This document shows positions 11,509-24,148 of a stretch of 64,000 nt of DNA, piece after piece. The stretch's first letter is position 1, and the number at the start of each line of letters is the position of its first letter. Below the pieces are notes generated by a model that had not been told where the DNA came from, ran no database searches, and worked only from the letters and a program-made list of their open reading frames with translations. This DNA is from Thecamonas trahens ATCC 50062 (lineage: Eukaryota > Protista > Apusomonadida), in contig NW_013657647.1 in the NCBI RefSeq assembly GCF_000142905.1, forward strand, positions 303,828-367,827, read 5' to 3'. The translations under genes were made by a program, and so were the position numbers.

Positions 11509-13200
11509 TTAGCTGGTAAAGAACGAGGTCGAGTCGGCAAGGGTGGCCGGACCGAGGAAGCCGAGGTCCTTCTGGATGAGCGGCTCGTAGCCGCCGGAGA
11601 AGGTCTTCGCGTGGTGCGCGGCGAGCGAGCGCTTGGTAGCACGGAACGGTGCAAAGCCGTAGGCCGAGAGTGAGTGAGTGAGGACGGTGACCGAAGCCTC
11701 GGGCGAGTCAAAGTTGAGACTGGAGAAGCCGCCTGGAAGAGACTCGATGGCGGCGGTCGGTGAGTGCTCGTCAATGGCCTGGACGTCAAAGTAGCGGTAG
11801 ATGACGACGCCGACAACAAGGACAACGAGGGCGACGATGGCCAGCGAGTGCAGCTCCTCGGTGTTGCCGCCGGTAAGAAAAGGCGAGGAAAAGGCGAAGA
11901 ACGAAAGCGGGGTGACAACGGTGGCCACAATAAACGAAAACGTGGCGTTGCCGTACTTGACGACACCGAGCTGTGCGTAGTTGGTCAGGATATAGTTGAG
12001 GGTAAAGAGCATGACAAACGAGACGGCGAGCGAGCAGTCGCATTCGGGGCACGAGCTCGGGTTCTTGCCGGTGGCAAAGCAAAGGAATGCGTCCGACTGG
12101 TGTGACCAAAAGTCGCGCGGCGCAGAGTTGCCAAAGCCCGGGATGATCGACAGCGGCGCGCCCACAACAAAGATGGTGATGAGCTGATAGAGCGTCGACC
12201 ACGCCATGAGGTGCGCCATGTGGATCGGCTGCTCGGCAAAAGCCTTCTCCTCATATACCGCCATAAATGCCGATGGCGACGAGCCGAGCGTCCACAAAAG
12301 GTCCCACCAGATCGATCCCTTAGGCCCCGAGCTCGACTGGCCCTTGCCGGTCAGCTTGGGCAGGAGCGCTACCACGATGCCAGCGAGAATGACGAAAACG
12401 CCGAACATCTGCCCGTATGAGTATCGCTGCCCAAGGTACAGGTACGACGCAATCATGCACATCGGCACAATGACCACCGTCGGGCCGAGAAGCGCCTGCT
12501 CCTGGCCGGGAATGTGCGGGCCGGCAAAGAGCAGGCACGCCCCGTTGATAGCGGTGAGAAACCCGATAGTCGCCCACTTCATGTGCGAGACCGACCGCAT
12601 CGACCGCGTGATCTGGGTGGTGAAGAGCTGGAAGCCGGCGAGAACAACCGCAAAGACTGCCAGAAAGATGATGGCCGTGGTCCAGAAGACCCAGAACGGA
12701 TACTGCGGCATGGCCACTCCGAGCGAGAGGGCCAGATACAAGGTCTGGCCCACGCCAGAGACAATGGCCAGCGTTGCCCAGAAGACCAGCAGCAGGCCTC
12801 TCTTGGAGACGTACTTACGCCAGCCGATCTTGGCCGGGTTCTCCACCACACCAAAGGTGGCATTCGGCCCGATGCTAGCCCGATCAGACCTCGAGGTGTG
12901 CGACGAGGCCGACGACGCCTTGCGCCGCGCTGGGCTTCCACCGTTCCCACCGCTCCCACCGCCGAGCGCAGGCGACATGCCTCCGTCCGGAGATTGAATG
13001 CTACCACCGAGAGGGTGCCGACCCGCTCCATTCGGACCAGGACCATGTCGTCCCGATGCCGCCAGAGACAACGTCGCCGCAGACGACATGCCTGGTCCAC
13101 GGCCACCACCGCCACCGCCGCCCGCCGCCAGTTGAGCCAACAACGACGAGCTGTCGCCAGCCTCACGCTCATGTGTTCCCGAGCGCACACGCACAGACAT
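11509..13200 (-). CDS. CRT-like (chloroquine-resistance-transporter/CLT family, DMT superfamily) transporter
   Basis: About 10 TM helices; VYEEKAF, WSTLYQL, Cys loop CFATG..CPECDC, VKYGNAT..IVATVVTPL. Confidence 0.8.
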   Translation of the reverse strand: MSVRVRSGTHEREAGDSSSLLAQLAAGGGGGGGRGPGMSSAATLSLAASGRHGPGPNGAGRHPLGGSIQSPDGGMSPALGGGSGGNGGSPARRKASSASSHTSRSDRASIGPNATFGVVENPAKIGWRKYVSKRGLLLVFWATLAIVSGVGQTLYLALSLGVAMPQYPFWVFWTTAIIFLAVFAVVLAGFQLFTTQITRSMRSVSHMKWATIGFLTAINGACLLFAGPHIPGQEQALLGPTVVIVPMCMIASYLYLGQRYSYGQMFGVFVILAGIVVALLPKLTGKGQSSSGPKGSIWWDLLWTLGSSPSAFMAVYEEKAFAEQPIHMAHLMAWSTLYQLITIFVVGAPLSIIPGFGNSAPRDFWSHQSDAFLCFATGKNPSSCPECDCSLAVSFVMLFTLNYILTNYAQLGVVKYGNATFSFIVATVVTPLSFFAFSSPFLTGGNTEELHSLAIVALVVLVVGVVIYRYFDVQAIDEHSPTAAIESLPGGFSSLNFDSPEASVTVLTHSLSAYGFAPFRATKRSLAAHHAKTFSGGYEPLIQKDLGFLGPATLADSTSFFTS

Positions 13201-14092
13201 GCTCTCCCTCCTCTACGTCACGTGTATGGTCTTCTTGAAAAGTCGCTTGCGCGAGGGGGAGGGGGGGAGCGCAGTGAGCGCCGAATGACGCCACCAGTGG
13301 GATCGAGCTCGTGCCGTCTTTTTTCACCCACATGTTTTTCCCCCCTCCGCTCCATTCCCGCCCGCAAGTGTGGCTGTTTGTGGCCATTGCGGCTCGGCAT
13401 GTGCTTGATTGGGGTGTGTGGCTGGTATGGGGGTTGTAGAAGGGGTCAGTCATGAGAAATGGTACATTGATCGGCGTTGGGAACTGGCTTGTGTGTAGAG
13501 AGTGACGGCGGCGGCTTGGTCACGTGACTGCTGCAGTGATGAGCGTCGCGAGCGCGTGGTCCCACGGCTGTAGTTGCACTGATCATAGTTGAGCAGATCA
13601 TGCGAAAAGGTTACATGCTGGCGAGCTTGTGGCACAGCAGTCCTGGTGCGCACTGCGGTCGTGAAACTGTTCCTGTACCGAGCTCAATGCTCTTGGCAAG
13701 GTTGCCCGCTGACCAGGTCCCATGGTTTCCAACGCCGCAACTTGGCCTTCCCTTCCACCCCCCCCCCACCCCCCCCCCCCACCCCCCCAAACAAACCCAA
13801 CATCCCCTCCCCCCCCAGGTCCTTCCCCCCCATCCCCAAACTCGATCGAGTGTGCCACAGTTCGAGAGCTAACCCTCCACAGCGAGTTGATATGAAAAAT
13901 TTTCTTCCAGTCACGCTTTCCGCAACCTGCCTTGATAAACGAAGCGGCAGAGCGGCGAGAAGAGGGCGGCGAGTCGGTCGGTTGTTGGGCGGGAATTTTT
14001 GCGCGAGCGACGAGCGGTGGACGTGGTGGGGAGGGGGGGGAAGGGAATGGAGAGGCTACCACTGCTCGCTGTGCAGGAGAGTAATCGTGGAT

Positions 14093-15475
14093 ATGTACAC
14101 TTCGTATTCTTCATACTCTGACGATGACGAGTTTGAAGAGGAGGGGACTGTAGTGCTGGGAAGTGAGCCAGCAACGGGTGTTCCCGCCCATGGGAGTGGT
14201 GGGCGTGGCGGCGCGTCGTCAGCTGCGCGTTTGAGCGGTCGCAAGCGACGTGCGACACCAAAGGCTGCAGCTGCAGCAGCTTCTGGAGAAGAGCGCGACG
14301 TCAAGCGGAAGGAGTTGCTCGACACTAGTGTGGTCACTATGGGCGCTGCGCTGGCACCTGGTGACAACTATGCTGCCGTGGTCCAGGCCTTGCGTCATGG
14401 CGCCTCGGATGAGCATGCCAACGATTTGCTGGCGGCCATGAAGGCTATGGTGGCTGATGAGATCCGCGACGAGGTGATAGCTCAGGTGAGGGCCGAGGTG
14501 GAGGCAAGCTGCAAGACAAAGATGACGCAGATGAGCAGGAAGATGAAGAAGTTGAAGACGCGGTACAAGAGCCTCAAAGACGAGGTCGCCCAGATGCGTC
14601 CGGTCTACTCGGCTTCGCTCACCTTTGCCGACCAGATCCGCCGCGCTGTCAACCTCGACTGGAGCTCGGTCGGTGGAAGTGGAGACGGCTACGAGGCGAG
14701 CGGTGGGAGTGGTGACCGGGGCGGCGCAGGAGCTGCTACCAAGCCGCGGGCCTCGTCGGGCTCTGCTGCTCCTCAGCAGCAAGCCGAGGCGCACGGGACT
14801 CCGATGGCAATGACAGCGCCGGCGGTGACGGCTGACGACGCGGTCCAGGTCATGAGTAGCGAATCTCGTGCCGCCAAGCCGGTCGTCCTCCCTTCGGGCT
14901 TTGGCAACACAGCGGCACTGCTGACGCAGACATGGGCTGGCGACGGCTTTACCCACGAGGACAAGACTCGCCGCATCTTTGTCTCGGGCGTCATTGCCGC
15001 CTCGCTCCGCTGGGCTGTTGCCCGTATTGCGCACCGCAACAACGGTGACCTCTACGACTACATCTGCGCGGCCGAGGGCGGCTGGAAGCTCCGCAACCGC
15101 AAGCCGAGCATGAAGGACGCCCGTGACCTGCTCGACGCCGCTGGCATCCGCGACGACGTCATTGCCGAGCTTGGCCTCTATGGCGGCTTTCCGGAGCAGA
15201 CCGAGGTCCTCGCCGCCATCGGTGCCAGCGTGGTGTACGGTACTAACCCGGTCCGCACGGTCAGCCCCGTTGGCCCGTGGGCAGAGTGCGGCGCCTACAC
15301 CCGTCTCGTCGGCCTTGTCCGCGCTGTGATCAACAAGGCTCTGGGCCGGACGACCATCAACTGGTACACCGTTCTCTACAACAACGGCCTCCCCGTAGAT
15401 ATGGTCATTGCCACCTCGTGCAACCCCGACTGGGGCGTCGCGCTCACGCCCTCAGTGACCTCGTACACAGCCTAG
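14093..15475 (+). CDS. Hypothetical protein (~460 aa) with NLS-like motif, coiled coil and an unrecognised globular C-terminal domain
   Basis: Long ORF with coding-like codon bias from MYTSYSS; RKRR motif; heptads KMKKLKTRYKSLKDEV. Confidence 0.7.
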   Translation: MYTSYSSYSDDDEFEEEGTVVLGSEPATGVPAHGSGGRGGASSAARLSGRKRRATPKAAAAAASGEERDVKRKELLDTSVVTMGAALAPGDNYAAVVQALRHGASDEHANDLLAAMKAMVADEIRDEVIAQVRAEVEASCKTKMTQMSRKMKKLKTRYKSLKDEVAQMRPVYSASLTFADQIRRAVNLDWSSVGGSGDGYEASGGSGDRGGAGAATKPRASSGSAAPQQQAEAHGTPMAMTAPAVTADDAVQVMSSESRAAKPVVLPSGFGNTAALLTQTWAGDGFTHEDKTRRIFVSGVIAASLRWAVARIAHRNNGDLYDYICAAEGGWKLRNRKPSMKDARDLLDAAGIRDDVIAELGLYGGFPEQTEVLAAIGASVVYGTNPVRTVSPVGPWAECGAYTRLVGLVRAVINKALGRTTINWYTVLYNNGLPVDMVIATSCNPDWGVALTPSVTSYTA

Positions 15476-15523
15476 AACCTGGCGTCGATGTAAAGTATTG
15501 GCTTGCCGTTGGCCCCACATCGG

Positions 15524-15602
15524 TTGGCAGCCGTAGTTGTGATCGGCAGCCGTAGTTGTGATCGGCAGCCGTAGCTGTGATCGGCAGCCGTAGTTGTGAT
15601 CG
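15524..15602. repeat. 19-bp tandem repeat CGGCAGCCGTAGTTGTGAT x4
   Basis: Directly visible. Confidence 0.9.
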
Positions 15603-15672
15603 ACTGCGCCCGTCCATCGTCGTGTCATTTGCCGACTCGAGTGACCGCTGCCGCATGTCACGCTTGCTCAAC

Positions 15673-15889
15673 CAGCAGCAGCAGCAGCAGCACCAGCAAC
15701 AGCAGCAGCACCAGCACCAGCACCAGCACCAGCAGCACCACCACCTGACCCAGCCACCCTTCGAAGCTCTTCTATTCGTATGGACTGGTTCCGAAGCCGA
15801 CTGCGTAGTTGGGGCACTCACGAGACCGGGAGCGGGGAGAAGGACAAGGCAAGACATGGCGAGGCTCGGGTGGTGGAAGCACAGCAAGC

Positions 15890-15933
<44 letters not shown>

Positions 15934-15948
15934 ATGGTGGTGGTGGTG
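15673..15948. repeat. Trinucleotide microsatellites: (CAG/CAC)n at 15673-15745 and (CTG)n(GTG)n at 15891-15948
   Basis: Directly visible. Confidence 0.9.
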
Positions 15949-16667
15949 GGGACGGACAAAAGGCGCCTGGTCCACGCGGGATTGGCGCTGATGGCATGGT
16001 GGTGCCCGAGTCGGAACGAGTGGCCGAGGTGGCATTCTGGGCTGCGTATGGACCGGCCAATGGCAATCCCTTTGTCCATCTGCGCACGGATGAGCCGTGT
16101 GTTCCTCGCAAGAACGATCTCTGGCTCAAGATGACCACCTTTTCTTCTTCAAGACGTCGCAAGCGCCGTAAGAGGCATCACGGCGTCGCTTCAAAGCGAG
16201 GTGAGTTTGTCAAGGATGTCACGAAGAAGAAGAACAAGAAGAGCAAGTCAGCCCATGGCGCTGGCAAGCCGGCTGTCCGATCAGGCTCGGGCTGGCTCGC
16301 TGGCCCGCCCATCTTTCGCAGGCAGGCTCTGTCGTCGCCTATTCGCCACGAGGAGGCCGTCGAGTCAGCAGAGCTAGTTGCTGCGGCAGATGCGAGCGAT
16401 GGCGGTGGTGACGGTGGTGGCCGCAACGACAATGACGCCAACAACAGCAGTGCCAGCACCGACGCCTGGCTCCCGCATCCGGTCCCTAGCACGCGAAGAC
16501 GAACAGGAACTGCGCGATCGGCGCGCGAGGCGGCGAGTCTGATCCTGGAGCGGCAGGGCGTGGCGTCGAGCGATGGAACCGGCGTGGCGTCGAGCGATGG
16601 AACCGGCGTGGCGTCGGGCGATGGAGCCGACGAGGCGTCAGTCCATGAGGGAAAGGGTAAAATGTGA
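15780..16667 (+). CDS. Hypothetical basic low-complexity protein
   Basis: 295-aa ORF with poly-Ala, NLS-like tracts and 3x GVASSDGT; no family recognised. Confidence 0.45.
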
Positions 16668-16726
16668 CAAGAGAGGGAGAGAACGAGAGGCTGTGTGTGT
16701 GTGTGCACATGTGTGTGTGTCTTCAA

Positions 16727-17524
16727 TCAGCGGCGGCGCTTGGAGGAGACGTTGATCCAGTGCGAGGCGCGGGCAACAGCGTAGAGAAGGGCGATGGAGA
16801 AGGCAAAGCAAGTGGTGACCGAGACGCCATGAACAGTACCAGCGATGACGATAGCAGCAAAGAGAGAGATGGCAGCCTCAGCCCAAGAAGCCTCATGCGA
16901 GGAGCCCAAGACGATGACGGCGACGTTGCCCAGGACGAGGAAGCCGAGGACTGTGAGAATAGCGCAGATAAGACCAGCAAGAATGGTCAGCGGAGGAGAG
17001 GCAGCCAGTGTCTCGGCATAGATCTGGAGGAAGGAGAAGAGAATGCCATAGATCAGCGATCCCAGCACCACTGTCGACTGAGGTGTTTGCGCTGTATTGC
17101 CATGGCGATGGCGATCAAGATCGCCATCGTGATCGCGATCGTGATCAACGAGGGTGGTAACGAGGGTCAGTGAGAAAAGTGGAGATGGGGTTGAGGGCCG
17201 AAGACATGGGATAGAAGATGAATATGTGAGTATGTGCATGTGTGTGTGTGTGGGTGGTATGTATCTTGCTCCATGGCTTGCCCATGCCCACAACTCCCTC
17301 CCAGGTCACTCGGACAGAACCCGCCGCCGTCGGTGACATGAATTTGTAGCAGGCGACGAGCAGCAGCGCGGGAACCACTAGGGCTGAGGTGGGGTCAGAG
17401 CCAGGACCAGGGCCAGGGCGGGCTAGCAGCAGCCAGCAAGAGGCAGCAGAGGTACAGGCAGAGATGGGAGCATGCAGCACTGGAGGGACTAAGGGGTATG
17501 TGGGGAGATTGCTGACTTACCCAT
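16727..17524 (-). CDS. KRTCAP2: Keratinocyte-associated protein 2 (OST subunit KCP2), complement(join(16727..17091,17521..17524))
   Basis: LFSFLQIY..LAAS..LTILAG and VHGVSVTTCFAFS match the family. ATGG|GTAAGT micro-exon and TACAG acceptor give 122 aa in frame. Confidence 0.85.
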
Positions 17525-18416
17525 GACCACTCGTGTCTTGGAAACAAGTACTGCCGCCGCTCGCACAGACGGGTTCACACTCGCCGTCGCCCACTACCGC
17601 CTTGCCCGCTACAGCTTGATCGGGCGCGGAGTTGATGAGATAGGGATGGGGATGAGTGATCGGAGGCAAAGTGAGGGTGCGGACGGCGTGTGGAGGAGGG
17701 CAGACTGGTGGGGATAGAGTCGAGGGAGGTGCTCTCTGTGGCATCTGGCGAGGTGCGATCGGCGGCTGTGTTGATGGGATGGGGATGGGGAAGGGGGACA
17801 GAACTCGACCTGCAGCATTGTCACCGGCACCGTAGACTAGGCAGCAGCTCTGCTGACAGGCAATGGCATCATCGCCATGTTCTTTCTCTGAACATCGTTT
17901 CACATGCCGCCCCGCATCGCATTCCAAGAACCGCCCGCCTGGCCGGGTAGCGCCAGCTGACAGCGAGCGAGAGAGTAGAGAGGACGATCAGCGCTCTCAA
18001 CGCGCATCCTACGCTTCCTAGACCAATCCAAGCCATGCATTGTCCCACCAAAGTCTTAAACCAAGTGTTCAACACGCTACGCAGTGGCTCCCATCTGGCG
18101 ATAGTCCAGACGAGAGCGAGAGCTGCAAGCTCTACCTCACGGCTCTTGCCACTGCCAGCTGTCGATGTGTGAGACAAGGATCACGGCAGCCTGGACCCGA
18201 CATCGCCGGCACGCCCGAGCCGATCACATCGATTGGATGACGGCGATATAAGCCAAGTACCACCATGGCTGTTTGGGCAAAGATGTGGCTGATGGGCGTG
18301 ACGGACTGTCGGCGACTGCTCCAAGGCGGAGCAATGATTGCGAGTGGCTGGCCGAGTAACCTTAACCGGACACACTCAGCTCTCGGCACGCCTCGCACCT
18401 TTAGACTCTAAAAAGG

Positions 18417-21400
18417 ATGGAGGATCATGAGTATGTGTACGAGTATACTGAGGAGAGCGGATCATCATGGGGATCCTCATGGGACCTTGAAGAACGTCCT
18501 TCTTTCCGCGAGCGTCAGCCAGGAAGTCCCTCGGCTGTGCCCTCGGTAGCTTTGCTTGAGGCTTCCAACGACAACTCGGCCTCGGACAACATGCCAGCTA
18601 CCTCGCACCAACCTCTGGCTGGCAGCCCGAGGAGAAGAAAGCTCAGCTAGGTATGTGTCATGTCTCTTCTCCCTTCTCTTCTCTTCCCCACATACCATTG
18701 CCCATCACTAACTCTCCCTCTCCCTCTCTCCTGCCTCTCCTGTATACCTGCCGTCCCACCCCTCACCCCCTCCCCCGTGTGATCTTGATCTTGATCATGA
18801 TCATGATCAACGACTTGTTGTTGTCTCGACTCGACTGGCTCGGTCTCATTCCGACCATCACCGCCACCAATCCGCCTTTCCAACTCTCGACCTCTCTGGA
18901 TTTTTGCTCTGCGGTGGTTGGTATGGCTATGGATATGGCTATGGCGTCGCTGGTGGCGATGGCTCCTCCTCTTGCTACTGATTGTCGCATAACTGTTGCT
19001 GGTCGTGGCGGATGTGGTGGATGTGGTTTTCTTTCCCCCTCCCTCCTCTCTCTCTCCTCGTCCTGTCGCCATGCACTTTCATGGATTGCTGCATTTGCCT
19101 ACGTCTGCTGTCTGCTGTTGACATAGCTCCGGCTGCGTCGCCCAACGTGTGGTCAATCTACGACACGCTCGAGGCGCCACCCAAGTTTGATGCTTACCGC
19201 ACTGGCGGCCGTCGCCGCAAGCCGCTCTCCGAGTTTAAGAACATGTCGACGATGCAGAAGAAAGAGGCTGCGTCGTTGGCGTCGCAGCTCAAGGCTGCAC
19301 TCGAAGGCGAGGGCGTGAACGAGGTGCCCGAGGACGAGAATGTGCCCATCATCGACGTCGGCGACGCCGGCGCCGATCCCTTGGATTCGAGCTCTAAGCT
19401 TGGTTGGGCCAAGGGCGTGCTCATCCCGTGCCTGCTCAACATTTGGGGCGTGATCATGTTCCTCCGGCTCGGTTGGTGTGTCGGCTTTGCTGGCGCGGGG
19501 CAGATGACCGTCATCATCCTCCTCGCCGGCGTAGTGACGACGCTCACAACGCTCTCGCTTTCGGCCATTGCCACCAACGGCGAGGTTAAGGCCGGTGGCG
19601 CATACTTTCTCATTTCGCGCAACCTCGGCCCGGCGTGGGGCGGCTCCATCGGCGTCATTTTCTCATTTGCCAACGCCGTCGCCGTTGCCATGTACATTGT
19701 CGGCTTTGCTGAGACCCTCACCGACATCTGGGGCTGGAAGGACCATCCGTTTGGCTCGAACGCGCTCCGGGTCGTCGGCTTTGTCACCCTCATCATCCTC
19801 TTTGCCATGTGCCTCTACGGCGTGGGCTGGATCGCCAAGCTTCAGGTTGGCTTGCTTGTTGTCCTCGTTGCTGCCATGGGCTCGATGATTCTCGGCGCGC
19901 TCATTTCGGGCGCGTGGGGCGCCAAGCCGTCGTCTGGTTTTGTTGGCATCGACAAGGCCAAGCTTGTCGCCGGAGCCGACTATGGCTCCGAGTCGTTCTT
20001 CTCCATTTTTGCCATTTTCTTCCCGGCCGCGACCGGCATCATGGCTGGCGCCAACATCTCGGGTGATCTCAAGCGGCCATCGGCCGCCATCCCCAAGGGC
20101 ACCCTCCTCGCCATTGGCATTTCGACGGTGGTGTACATCGGGATGGTGTGGATCATTGCCGCCGTTTCGACCCGCGAGAAGCTCAAGACCAACACGCTCA
20201 TCATGATGGACATATCTGTGGCGGGCCCGGTCATTGTGGCCGGCATCTTTGCGGCCACGCTCTCGTCTGCGCTGGCTTCGCTTGTTGGCGCGCCGCGGGT
20301 GCTGCAGGCGGTTTGCCGCGACCAGCTCATTCCCGCGCTCAACATGTTTGGCAAAGGCCGGCGGTCAGACGACGAGCCGATTCACGGGTACATCCTTGTC
20401 TTCTTTGTGGCGGTGGCGTGCATCTCGATCGGCGACCTCAACGCCATTGCCTCGCTCATCTCGCAGCTCTTCCTCCTCTCGTATGGCTTTGTCAACTACG
20501 CCACCTTTGCCATGGCGTACTCCAAGCCTCTGGGATGGCGGCCGGGCTTTGTGTACTACCACTGGAGCACGGCGGCGTTTGGCGGCATCCTCTGTCTCGG
20601 CGTGATGTTCCTTGTCGACTGGACCTTTGCTCTTGTTGCCTTTGTCATCTGTGGCCTGCTCTACGCGTACATCTCGTACCGCGACCCGGACGTCAACTGG
20701 GGCTCGGTCAACCTCGCGCGGGTGTACTCGCGGGCGGTCCGAGCCAACATTGCGCTGCAGGCCCAGGAGCCGCATGTCAAGAACTGGCGCCCGCAGGTCC
20801 TGCTCCTCACTGGGGACTTTGCCGCCCGCCTCGCTCTCGTCAAGCTCACTGCGTTCTTCACCGAGCAGGGCGTGCTCTTCCTGGGCAACATCATCATTGA
20901 CGACGCCATCAACGACGCCCACAACGACGAGATCGAGGCCGCGGCGGACTGGGTCGTTGCCCACAACGTCCGCGCCTTCTCAGACGTCACCATTGCGCGC
21001 TCCTTCCGCCGTGGTGTCCGTCACTTTATGCTTGTCTCGGGCCTCGGCCGCGCACTCCGGCCCAACACCCTCGCCATGGGTTTCCGCCACACCTGGCATG
21101 ACGACGCTGCGGCGTCGCTCGAGTACGTTAACGCCATCCGCGACGCCATGGACAAGAAGCTCGGCCTCATGATCATCCGCAATGCCAACCTCGTCGACTT
21201 TACTGTTCCCACCTCGGACCCCATCGATGTGTACTGGCTCGAGGACGACGGCGGCTTCACGGCCATGATGCCGTACATTCTCTCGCGGTCGCACCTCTTC
21301 TCCAACGCGCCCATCCGTCTCTTCTCCAAGATCATCTCGCCCGACGCCACCGACGCCGACGACGAGAAGGAGCAGCTCGCCCTGCTCATGCGCAAGCTCC

Positions 21401-21795
21401 GGATCACCACCTCGGAAATCAACCTGCTCACCACGCTCGGCGCGACGCCCAACCCGGCAACGACCGAGTGGTATGCCCGCTACGAGCTGCTGACCAGGGC
21501 GCGGGCCCAGTCCTTCCTCGACGCCCGCGTCTGGGCCGAGGGCGACGAGCCGCTCACCGTGGAGGAGCTCGAGCAGTACCAGCAGTCTTGGACCGACTAC
21601 TACCTCCGGCTCGGCGAGCTCATCCACCAGAACTCGGCCAACGCGTCGGCCGTCTTTGTCTCGCTCCGCATTCCCGACAACAACGACTCGGCGCTGATGT
21701 ACATGTCGTGGCTGGAAGCCATCTCGCACGGCATGGAGTGCCCGTTCTTCTTTGTTCGCGGCTCGCACGAGAACGTTGTCACTCTCGAAGCGTAA
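18417..21795 (+). CDS. SLC12 cation-chloride cotransporter (NKCC/NCC-like); probable exon 1 18417..18650, exon 2 19127..21795
   Basis: LGWAKGVLIPCLLNIWGVIMFLRL, GGAYFLISRNLG, FFPAATGIMAGANISGDL, HVKNWRPQ, RGSHENVVT. Joining exon 1 needs a -1 shift near 18620. Confidence 0.93.
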
Positions 21796-21824
21796 ACGCG
21801 GCGCTGTTCCGCATCTGCTGCGCT

Positions 21825-24148
21825 TTACTTTGCCCGCTGCTGGTTCTTAAACCGGACAACGAGCGAGCCGGTGCCGGTCGACCACCCGTTGAGCGCTGCA
21901 ATAGCCATCTGCGAGGCCGGCTGCGGCGGCTCGTACCGCACAAAGCCGTAGCCCTTGGAGACACCGGTCTTAAAGTCGATGATGAGTCGGCAGTGCACAA
22001 TGTTGCCGTACGGCGCAAAGAGGGCGCGGAGGTCAGCCTCGCTCACCGCCGGCGGGAGGTGGGCGACGTAGAGCGAGTCGCGCTCGCGCGTCTTGTCGGC
22101 GGCGCCCTTGCCTCCGCGGGCGTTGTGCTGCGGGCGCCCGTGCTGTTGCTGCGGCGCCCACGCCATGCCCTGGGGCTGTTGCGGCGGCGGCGCGGCATAG
22201 CCGCCTCCCGGAGGCATCATGTGTTGCTGGCCGTGCGGCGGCATGGCGATACCCGGCGGCGGCGGAGCGAACGCCATGGGCGGCTGCGGCTGCTGCGGGG
22301 CGGGGTAGCCCATTGGGCCGGGCGGGAGCGGATGCGGCGGCGGGTGCGGTGGCGCCTGCATGCCCATGTGATGCGGCGGGCCGGGCGGTCCTGGCGGGCC
22401 GGGCGGTGGCATGTTCGGGCGGCCCATGTGATGATGTGGCATGGCTGGCGGTGGCATGTAGCCCGGCGGGGGCATGGCCATGTGCGGCGGACCGTGAAGT
22501 GGCGGACCGCCCATGGGCGGGCGGAGGTGCGGCGGTGGTGGGCCGTGGAACCCGGCGTGGCCGGCGCCGGGGCGGGCGTACGGGTGGGCCCGCGCGTTGC
22601 CTGGCGCGCGCATCTTGCCGCCGCCGCGCTTGCGGCGGGCCGACCGGCTCGCCCGCTCTTGGCGCTCGGCCTCCTTGGCGCGCGCCTTTTCGCGCTTGGC
22701 GGCCTCGGCCTGGGCGAGCTTGAACTCGCCGTAGTTGACGGCTTGCGCCACCGCAATCGGCGGGGACGTCTCCAGCTCGACCTTGCCGGCGACCAGGCCG
22801 GCCAGCGCGGCGGCGGCGTGCTCGGCCGTGGCAAATGTGACAAGAAGGTGGCGGACGACTCCGCGGCTCATACCTGGCTTGTCGTCATCAAAGGTAATGC
22901 TGAGCACCGGTGCATGCGGCGCGATGACAGCCTCAAGCGCCTTGATCACCGCTTCGTTGTCCGGTATCGCCTCCACCACCACCATGTCAGCCTGTGATTC
23001 TCCAGCGGTGGACTCGGGCTCGGGTTCGGTAGCGGGCTCGGGCTCGGGCTCGGTGGCGGGCTCGGACTCGGGCTCGGGCTCGGTAGCGGGCTTGGGCTCG
23101 GGCTCAGTGGCGGGCTCGGACGCGGGCTCGGGCTCGACAGCGGGCGCCGGGGCGTCTGCCGCAGGGACGGGCAGAGCAGCGGACACGTCGTCGTCGACAG
23201 CCTCGGCCATCGGCGCAATCTTGCTCTCGCTGTCGTTTTCGGCAGCGGTGTCGGCAGTGGTGGAAGTGGCGTTGCTGTCCGCGGTGGCGGTTTTGTCCGA
23301 GTTGGCAGCCGTGGAGCGGTTGGCGGGCGGGACTGGGATGACCAGCGAGAGTCTCAGGACAGAGCGGGCGGCGAGCACATCCAAGCGAGTCTTTTCTCCA
23401 GACGCATACTCGATGACCATATCTCCAGTTGTGCACGGAATGGTGGTACCTGCGAGAGCATCGATGGCCATATCGGCCTTGTCGACCGACTCGAGCCACA
23501 CAAATGCGGATCCTGTGCGTCAATGAGATGTGCAGATGTGTTCACGTCGCATCGGCCCAGCGAGTTAGCCCCGCGAGTCGACCCAGCGAGTTGACCCAGC
23601 AAGTCGCGTTGATTGGTCGAGTCGGCCGAGTCATGAGCGAGTCGCATTGATGTGTTCGCGTCGGTCGTGTTGGTGGTATTGGTGGTGTTGGTGGTATTGG
23701 TGGTGTTGGTGGTGTTGGTGGTGTTGGTGGTGTTGATCGTGTTGGTGGTGTTGGTGGTGTTGGTGGTGTTGTCCGGGTAGTTGACGGTCATCGGTTGGGA
23801 GACGGACGGAGGGAGGAGGGGGAGGGGGGAGGGAAACAGGGTGAGTATATGAGGAATACGAAGAGTATGCAAGATAAAGACAGAGGGCATGTAGAGGAAA
23901 GACATAAGTAGCTACGCATGTAGTTTGTATGGAAATAGAGTCGGTATTGAGTACGTACCCGAGAGATTGCCAGGAGTCTGGTTCCGTGACGGCCGCTGTC
24001 GGCGAAGGAGCTCAACCTTGAGGCAACCATAGTCATTCAAGGCATGGCTAATGCCGGTCACAAGCTCTTCCTCACTCTGCGTAGCAATGGCAAGCGGTTT
24101 GATAAATAGCTTGACGGCACTCTCGCTCACTTTCTCAGACTCGTCCAT
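21825..24148 (-). CDS. Multi-RRM RNA-binding protein with Pro/His/Met-rich low-complexity region, complement(join(21825..23512,23959..24148))
   Basis: C-terminal RRM LYVAHLP...SKGYGFVRY. N-terminal RRM (KLFIKPL...GSAFVWL) is split by a phase-1 GTACGT..CAG intron. A further 5' micro-exon near 24265 is possible. Confidence 0.8.
23666..23771. repeat. (GTTGGTGGT)n intronic 9-bp repeat
   Basis: Directly visible. Confidence 0.9.

Noticed and set aside
23666-23771. Telomere-like G/T repeat
   Set aside because: Unit is GTTGGTGGT, internal to an intron, not TTAGGG-type.
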